The notes under the pieces are model-generated. The model saw nothing but the letters and a program-made list of their open reading frames with translations. It did not search any database and was not told the origin of the DNA. From a virus, in the IMG/VR virus record IMGVR_UViG_3300005758_000132, positions 32,001 through 96,000 of that record: a DNA stretch of 64,000 nt. One strand, written 5' to 3'. This document shows positions 57,986 through 64,000 of the stretch, in pieces. Within the stretch, counting starts at the first letter, position 1, and each line of letters starts with the position of its first letter. The position numbers and the translations under genes were made by a program.

Positions 57986-60604
57986 CTAAATCTTAACGCT
58001 CTCCATAGACCCAAACCTGTCCCCTACGCTAGCGTCTACCTCTAGCGGCACTGCTAGGCCAAAGCTGGTCATAGTCTTGGACACGATAGCCAGCACCTCC
58101 TGGACGGCTGCTAGATCCACGTCAAAAACAATCTGATCGTGTACCTGTAGCACGGGCCAAGCTGCCTCATCTAGGCCGTGCCTTGTCAAGACGCGCTGAC
58201 ACTCGTACAGAGCTGCGTTGGTGATCTCAGCGCCACCGCCTTGCACAGGCGTGTTGACGGAGACGCGCAACGCGCCGTTGACGTCTGATCGATTGCGCGA
58301 AAACGCTTCTGGCACTGGTCTCCATCGTGACAATAGGCCGTCTGAGTCTGACCCCTCTGATCCAGGTCGCCAACGACGGATCCAAACTCCGCCGGTCTTC
58401 CGTACCTCGTCGTGACGTCCCTTGATCCATCGCGCCAGGCCGGCAAACGAGCCCAAGATCGCAGTCCGGGTATTCGCAGCCATATCTACGGTGATATTGA
58501 GCGACTCAGCTGCGCTTTCATCGCCCTTACCATACAAGAGAGCGAAGTTGAGGGTCTTGGCGGTGTCTCGAAGCCAATGCTCTTTGGTAACAGCAGTCGG
58601 ATCGACATTGAAAATGGGTGCGATTAGCCGTGCGGTTGCAAGATGGAAGTCTATCCCAGAGCGCAGGAGCCGAAGCATCTCCCTGTCACCGCTCAGCGCC
58701 GCTGCAATGCGAATCTCAAGCGTCGAGTAGTCAAAGCCTACAAGCGTGCGCCCAGGTGACGCTAGAATTAGGTCTTTTACTCGCTTACCGTCGTCACTTT
58801 TCGCCTTCGGGATATTCTGCAAATTAGGCTCTGCCGACGAAAAGCGACCGGTCTCTGTGCCGTGTATCTTATAGCTCGTGTGTATCCTGCCGTCGTCTTG
58901 AATGAACCGCTCGAATCCCCAAGCGTATGTGCCACTGAGCGTCTTCACCTTGCGGTAGTCGAGCAACGCCTTAGCAGCCGGGTGTTCGTTCGCCAGCTTT
59001 GCGAGCGCGTGCTTGTCACAGCTAGGCGCACCACTGTCCGTTGTCCAAGGCGGTGTAAGTCCGCACGTGTCGTAAAAGAACTCGCCAATCTGCTTTTGGC
59101 TGTTCCAGTTTATCTGCGCGTAGCTGTTCAGCGTGCCTAAATGCTCGTCAAGGCGCGCTTGAAAGTACGACTGCAAGTCTCGCGCGTGTTTACGGACTAC
59201 CGCTACACCGCGTCGTTCCATCATCGTGACAACGCGTTCGAGCGGCTGCATATGGTCGTACCACGTGCGCTGCAAGATTTCGCTCTTCTCGTCTTCACCA
59301 AAACGTCTTGCGATATCGTCCGCCAATAGAGCGGTGGATAACGCGTCTTTCGCGTTGTATTTCAGGAGCAATCTAGGTCTGACGCGCCCGTAGGCATACG
59401 CGTCTGGTGACTCAAACGCGTGTGATCGCTTCAGGTCTGACGCGGCGTCTCCTGACGCAGCTGCTGCGCGCTTAGCCTCAGCTACTACACCAGCTCTCGC
59501 TTGCGTTAGCTCCGCCGCCATCTCAGCCTTGCCACCACCCATGCCTACAAGGTCTTGCTGTACCTCTAGGCCTACTAGCGCGTCACCCTTTAGCAGTCTG
59601 GTAGCTAGCATCGTGCATAGACCCAACTCTGGCGCCTCGTCGATACCAAACCAGCGCATGATCACTTGCGACTCAAACTTGGCGTTGTGCGCTATGACTT
59701 TACGCGTGTTTCCGCTCTTGGTCTTGTACAGCACACGAAGAAGCGCGTTCGCGGTGTCTGATCCAGGCGCTAAATCGTCGCCGTAAAAGCACCAGCCAAC
59801 GTCAGGAAACGCGCTATGATAGATCGACAAGCTCAAGAGCTTGAAGTCAGTATCGTAGATGCGACCGCTCGTCTCGACGTCATAGCTGAGACTGTGGTCA
59901 CCAGCCCAATCGGTGAACTCGTCTACGGCATCTGAGTCAATACGTATAGTCACTGCCGTAAACGGCGGACGTGGCGGAGTAAACCGCAATGAAGCGTCCA
60001 TACGCGCTAGCGTATCGCGCATCAGCTTAGTGTTCAGCGCGAGGTCACGGACGCTCGGAAATAGGAACACTGGCACGTCAATCTCACGTAACCATGCGTA
60101 GGCTGATGGCGCGCTGAACGCGTCATGAGACCTTCCAAGCACGCCTTTCGCCGCTGTCCTGCCGAACACGAACACGCGTGACCACTGTCGAAACTGAAGC
60201 GTGCGCGCTAGGTACGGCCTACACGTGCTCACCCAGTTGTTGTCTGGCTTAGACTTGCCTACTGGGCATTTGACGGCGAAGTCGTAAACAACATCTCCGT
60301 GCCAACGCGCGTTCAGCTTTTGCCGAATATCGGCTGCTACAGGACCGCCGAATAGACCTCCCGTAGCAGCCTCCGCCTTAGTCGGCCAGTCGCCAATAAC
60401 CAATATCGCGGACGCGTCTTCGTCGCGCACCTTAGGAGGAACCAAGAGCGGCTTTACGCAGCGCTTGGCGCTATCCTGCTCTTGCTCGCTTGCGTCGCAA
60501 GCTGAGCATCCTACTACGCGCGTGGCGGGCGTAGTGCCCTCGATTGCCAACCGGTCGAAGTCAGATCGGTTGGTGTAGAGGTTAATGGACTGACCCGGTC
60601 TCAT
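57986..60604 (-). CDS. polA: family A DNA polymerase with N-terminal UDG-like domain and 3'-5' exonuclease
   Basis: DVETSG, HNAKFE and YNAKD exo motifs; TGRFSS..PNLQNIP; DYSTLEIR; KTLNFALLYG; VHDQ. Confidence 0.95.
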   Translation of the reverse strand: MRPGQSINLYTNRSDFDRLAIEGTTPATRVVGCSACDASEQEQDSAKRCVKPLLVPPKVRDEDASAILVIGDWPTKAEAATGGLFGGPVAADIRQKLNARWHGDVVYDFAVKCPVGKSKPDNNWVSTCRPYLARTLQFRQWSRVFVFGRTAAKGVLGRSHDAFSAPSAYAWLREIDVPVFLFPSVRDLALNTKLMRDTLARMDASLRFTPPRPPFTAVTIRIDSDAVDEFTDWAGDHSLSYDVETSGRIYDTDFKLLSLSIYHSAFPDVGWCFYGDDLAPGSDTANALLRVLYKTKSGNTRKVIAHNAKFESQVIMRWFGIDEAPELGLCTMLATRLLKGDALVGLEVQQDLVGMGGGKAEMAAELTQARAGVVAEAKRAAAASGDAASDLKRSHAFESPDAYAYGRVRPRLLLKYNAKDALSTALLADDIARRFGEDEKSEILQRTWYDHMQPLERVVTMMERRGVAVVRKHARDLQSYFQARLDEHLGTLNSYAQINWNSQKQIGEFFYDTCGLTPPWTTDSGAPSCDKHALAKLANEHPAAKALLDYRKVKTLSGTYAWGFERFIQDDGRIHTSYKIHGTETGRFSSAEPNLQNIPKAKSDDGKRVKDLILASPGRTLVGFDYSTLEIRIAAALSGDREMLRLLRSGIDFHLATARLIAPIFNVDPTAVTKEHWLRDTAKTLNFALLYGKGDESAAESLNITVDMAANTRTAILGSFAGLARWIKGRHDEVRKTGGVWIRRWRPGSEGSDSDGLLSRWRPVPEAFSRNRSDVNGALRVSVNTPVQGGGAEITNAALYECQRVLTRHGLDEAAWPVLQVHDQIVFDVDLAAVQEVLAIVSKTMTSFGLAVPLEVDASVGDRFGSMESVKI

Positions 60605-61668
60605 CAGCGCGTCGCGAGGATGGACTTGATGCGGGGCACGCTGAGGCCACCGACGTTGGCCTGAATCTTCGGACTATAGGGCGCGAGATCCAGGATAATG
60701 CTGAGCAGCTTCTCAGCGTCTTCAATTCCGTAATGTGCCGCAGCGATATGCACAGCTGACCGGAAGTTAGAGGCTGTCCGCAACCCGTCCGGGATGTTCT
60801 TTGGGTCTACAGCGATGTCGTCTTCTGACGCGTCCTCTTGCGCCGGATCGACTACCGCCGCCGCCGCCTTGCGCAGAACCACCGGCGCAGGCTTCACCAC
60901 GGGCTCGTCGTCGTCGAGGCCTGCGTAGGGATCCTCGTCAACCGTCTTAACGTTTTTCACAGGCGCAGGCGCAGGCGCTACGTCGCGAGCCGCGGGTCGC
61001 GGGAATACGACTGGAGGCTCTTCCTCCGTGGCTTCCTCCTCGACGGGAGCAGGCGTCGTGACCTCAGGAAGCGGGTTTTTACGAGGCCTTCCGGGCTTAC
61101 GCTTTTCAGGTGCCGCCTCAACAACGGGAGGCGCAGGCGCTTCGTCAGTCTCAGGCTCTGAACCGTCATCGGCTGGGGTCTCGACCACGCTCGCGTCACG
61201 ATTCTTTGGCGGACGCCCACGTCGCGGCACCACGGTGTCCGGTGAAATCTCAGCGCGCAGGTCCCGCGCGATGCTACCGTCACCGTTGACGAGGCTGTCG
61301 AGCGCTGTAGTGATCTGCGCCTTGTTCATGCCGGCGACGTCGAAGTTAAGGCTCTTCGCAAGCGCGATGGCGTCAGAGAGCTTGAGCGACGCCACATCAG
61401 TAGATGCCTTTTCAGGCACGTCGACCGGCGCCTTAGCCTTCACGGTGCTAACAGGCGCGGCAGGCGCAGGCGCAGGGGCGGCGGCAGGAGCAGGGGTATA
61501 AGTAACAACTTCAGGCTGTCGCGGAGCAGTATAGGCTGCCGCGACAGGCGCCAGAACTACCGTCGGTGCCTTGTTGATAGCCTGCTCAGCCGTCAGCGCT
61601 TCAACGAATTCACGCAACTGCTGTGCGAGCTGCGCGGGGCCTCCTTCAAACTCAAAACTCATCTTCAT
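60604..61668 (-). CDS. AT-hook / Rho_N-like low-complexity DNA-binding protein
   Basis: PRRGRPPK and KPGRPRK; LSDAIALAKSL..MNKAQI helix-extension-helix; acidic Pro-rich linkers; GGAG RBS. Confidence 0.6.
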   Translation of the reverse strand: MKMSFEFEGGPAQLAQQLREFVEALTAEQAINKAPTVVLAPVAAAYTAPRQPEVVTYTPAPAAAPAPAPAAPVSTVKAKAPVDVPEKASTDVASLKLSDAIALAKSLNFDVAGMNKAQITTALDSLVNGDGSIARDLRAEISPDTVVPRRGRPPKNRDASVVETPADDGSEPETDEAPAPPVVEAAPEKRKPGRPRKNPLPEVTTPAPVEEEATEEEPPVVFPRPAARDVAPAPAPVKNVKTVDEDPYAGLDDDEPVVKPAPVVLRKAAAAVVDPAQEDASEDDIAVDPKNIPDGLRTASNFRSAVHIAAAHYGIEDAEKLLSIILDLAPYSPKIQANVGGLSVPRIKSILATR

Positions 61669-61743
61669 GCTATGTCTCCAGGTCCGAAACCTGATGCGAG
61701 TATAAATGCAAACGTTATAAAGTCGACAGAAAAATGCGTCACC

Positions 61744-62700
61744 TCAGAAAAAAACCTCGTCCGCGGTAATCTGCGCCAGACTATTCGCGGGCAGGTAGCG
61801 CAAGCGCGCAGCGACAGCTGCTGCCTTGTATCTAGCTCCGCCGCCTAACATGGCAGCGATATCTTGACCTGCTGGAAAGCGTATCGCGCCAGCTCGAAGT
61901 TCAATGCCAGCGTTGTAAGCAGCGTTGATCAGCTTCACACGCGCGATCATGTTTTCACGCCAAGCGTCACCATCGAGCGCCAGTATCACGGTCCTAGTGC
62001 TGCGCGTCTCGACTATGGTGCGCGCGATGACGCCTATCTGGCTCTCCGTAGGCTTGCCTAGCGTAGCGATGCCGTCAGGCCATACGGCTAGCGCGTCGAG
62101 TACGCCTTCACAAATGAACAGTGGAGCGCTAGTCCGCTCCTCAAAGGCGTCGAGGTTATAGACGTTGTCGCGACTCATGCCAGGCGGGTACTTGTACTTC
62201 GGGCTCCAAGCGTCATCAGGAGCAAACAGTCGCGCGCTGTACCCCGCTAGCTTACCGTTGCGTGACCATATTGGTATGATGACACGGTCCTTGATTTGAG
62301 GCGACCACCCTACACCTGCCTCGCGCAAAGTACGCGAAGAGTATCCTCTTGATCGCAGATATCCGATCGCCTTTGCTGCCGCGGGATGTTGCTCAGCATC
62401 ATCCGCGCTTATCCAAGGCTCTGGCAACGTAAACGTTTTCGGTCGCTCGGTCATCCCGGCGTCGACCGCGGCGTTTAGCGCACTCCCTATGTCGCGCAGC
62501 TCGTCGCTCACGCCAGCTACTGAACAGCGCCAGCACTTGTAGTAGCCAGACGTGATATTGACGGCGAGGTTTTTTCGTCCGCTGTGTCCTGCCTCTGCAC
62601 ATGCGGGACACTCGACTCGACGCCATCCGCCGTCGTCTATCGAAGCGCCGCGTCCACCAAAAAGGTCATAAACGTACGCGTCAATTTCACTTTTCCGCAA
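61744..62700 (-). CDS. DNA primase (Zn finger plus TOPRIM)
   Basis: CPAC..CWRC, PKY, ICEGVLDA and LDGDA; start reassigned to TTG 62700. Confidence 0.88.
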   Translation of the reverse strand: MRKSEIDAYVYDLFGGRGASIDDGGWRRVECPACAEAGHSGRKNLAVNITSGYYKCWRCSVAGVSDELRDIGSALNAAVDAGMTERPKTFTLPEPWISADDAEQHPAAAKAIGYLRSRGYSSRTLREAGVGWSPQIKDRVIIPIWSRNGKLAGYSARLFAPDDAWSPKYKYPPGMSRDNVYNLDAFEERTSAPLFICEGVLDALAVWPDGIATLGKPTESQIGVIARTIVETRSTRTVILALDGDAWRENMIARVKLINAAYNAGIELRAGAIRFPAGQDIAAMLGGGARYKAAAVAARLRYLPANSLAQITADEVFF

Positions 62701-64000
62701 GACGTGCCCCCTGGTCGTCGTTGCCGTAAAGACCGTTGTAGCGCGTGTCTTCCGCGTCAAGGATTGACGTCTCGTAAAGACGGCTGACGGCAAACCCAAC
62801 AGGCTTTGGTCCGATCACTAGATGCGCGTCGCCCTCGCGCCACTTGAAGAGATTGATCGTCATCGTGCGGTCTGGCGTCTTGCCAAGCGCGTTGACGCTG
62901 AAAAACGCGTCGAAACGACGCTCTTTGTGTTGCGAGTCCGCAGCGTCACCAGTACCCCAATACATGCCACTCTTGCGTCGTGTGGTAGCTGAACCTGTCC
63001 AGATAGGGATGTTTCTGTCCGCTGCCATCTGAGCTAGCTCGTCTGATACAATCTCGCCCATCGAATAAGAGCTGCCGTGCGCTTTAGTCACTGAGGGGTG
63101 AAAGCGGTCTCCATAATCCACCATCAGGATATCGACCTTGCGCCCCGCGCGTGCCTCCTCCTCTCTGAGCCAGTGCTCGATATCGGTTGGCGTCGGCTTC
63201 TTTCCAGGCGGCATGTCGAAGTGCTTGACGGCAAACGGACCGATGTTGTCGCCGTGCTGGTCATAGTACGAATCTAGGATCGATGGGTTTTTGCGTATCG
63301 CTAGCACCGGAACGCCAAATAGCGCTGCTTCGTATTTGGCCGCTACCTGATACACGCGCAACTCAGCACTGGCGTACGCGACAAACTTTTGCTGTATGCC
63401 AGTGAGATATGCGCTAATGTGTATGCACGCGGTGCTCTTGCCGTCTCCCGGTCCGCCAAGGATGCCGCCTACACAGCCCATAGTCAGTCCGCCACCCATG
63501 CCAGCGTCCAGCTCCGCGAATCCTGTACGCATCGCCTTGAAGTTAGTGGCCTCCAGCAGCGCCGCCTTTCTAGCGGATCTCGATGACGCAGACTTTCCTC
63601 GGTCTTGCTGCTCGCCGATCTTGGCGGCTGAAATGTAAGTCTCGACCGCCTTGTCCGGCATCGATCCACTCGCCCACGTCTCTAGCAGCTTGGTCGCAGC
63701 CTTGTCTTTCGCGTGCTGCCTAACTGCCTGCACTACAGTGCGAAGTAACGTTTCTGGATCGAGCGTGTCCAAGTGCTCGATCCCGTACTCTAACCACTGC
63801 AACGCTCGCGCGAGCGCGCGTTGCGAAAGCGCGCCGTCCTGCTCCAGTATCTCCGCCCACTGATACAGCATATTTATGCCGCCTGGGACGCCGCTGTCGG
63901 ACGCTGCCGCCTTAGCCAGGATCAGCGTATGCTTCGACTCCTCTGACGCCAGATGGTCACCTTCCAGCAGCTTTCCGACCATGTGCCACGCTTCTGGGCG
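62687..64000 (-). CDS. DnaB-like replicative helicase (5' end outside the window)
   Basis: GGPGDGKST, YASAEL and LMVDYGD; the frame is open to the window edge. Confidence 0.85.
   Translation of the reverse strand, partial: RPEAWHMVGKLLEGDHLASEESKHTLILAKAAASDSGVPGGINMLYQWAEILEQDGALSQRALARALQWLEYGIEHLDTLDPETLLRTVVQAVRQHAKDKAATKLLETWASGSMPDKAVETYISAAKIGEQQDRGKSASSRSARKAALLEATNFKAMRTGFAELDAGMGGGLTMGCVGGILGGPGDGKSTACIHISAYLTGIQQKFVAYASAELRVYQVAAKYEAALFGVPVLAIRKNPSILDSYYDQHGDNIGPFAVKHFDMPPGKKPTPTDIEHWLREEEARAGRKVDILMVDYGDRFHPSVTKAHGSSYSMGEIVSDELAQMAADRNIPIWTGSATTRRKSGMYWGTGDAADSQHKERRFDAFFSVNALGKTPDRTMTINLFKWREGDAHLVIGPKPVGFAVSRLYETSILDAEDTRYNGLYGNDDQGARLAEK

Noticed and set aside
31052-60604. Inteins or introns in terL, recA or polA
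   Set aside because: The frames are continuous and of ordinary length with no intein splice motifs; the short charged insertion in TerL is too small.
61699-61726. Promoter upstream of the AT-hook gene
   Set aside because: The TATACT -10 and a partial palindrome are present, but the -35 (TCGACT, 16-nt spacer) is weak; kept only as a possible family member, not called as a feature.

Overview
This window is 64 kb of a large tailed dsDNA bacteriophage with a contractile tail (myovirus-type). All credible genes are on the - strand, so transcription runs from right to left. (1) 52.1-64.0 kb is a replication/recombination module: DnaB-like helicase, primase, AT-hook protein, PolA with an N-terminal UDG-like domain, UvsY-like protein, gp32-like SSB, RecA and SbcD/SbcC. 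(2) 33-52 kb holds early/accessory genes (MoxR-VWA pair, resolvase, MazG-like, DenV-like, RF-like, RNase H and many small ORFs). They are driven by a family of sigma70-like promoters that carry an AAAACGTTTT-type palindrome. (3) 0.1-33 kb is the morphogenesis module: TerL, ParB-like, portal, MuF, prohead protease, scaffold, MCP, neck proteins, tail sheath and tube. The most striking observation is that about 15.5 kb of the 26 kb between 4.0 and 30.3 kb encodes eight non-core modular proteins interleaved with the core head/neck genes. Seven of them carry a shared ~30-aa motif, (K)PPxG[FY]xP[IV]PGSKxGG[FYW]x(9-11)WYP (9 clear copies plus 1 degenerate). It usually lies just after a [LIV]xK-[ASG] site that also recurs in the MCP, scaffold, portal and protease. 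The tagged proteins carry unrelated payloads: a zincin peptidase, topoisomerase IB, an R-S-ExE ADP-ribosyltransferase, a CCA/poly(A)-polymerase-fold nucleotidyltransferase, a pseudokinase and novel repeats. I infer a tag-directed, protease-processed virion cargo (injected effector) system; this is a hypothesis, not a demonstrated function. All family calls come from motif recognition by eye, and no database searches were run. No tRNA, rRNA or CRISPR array was seen.
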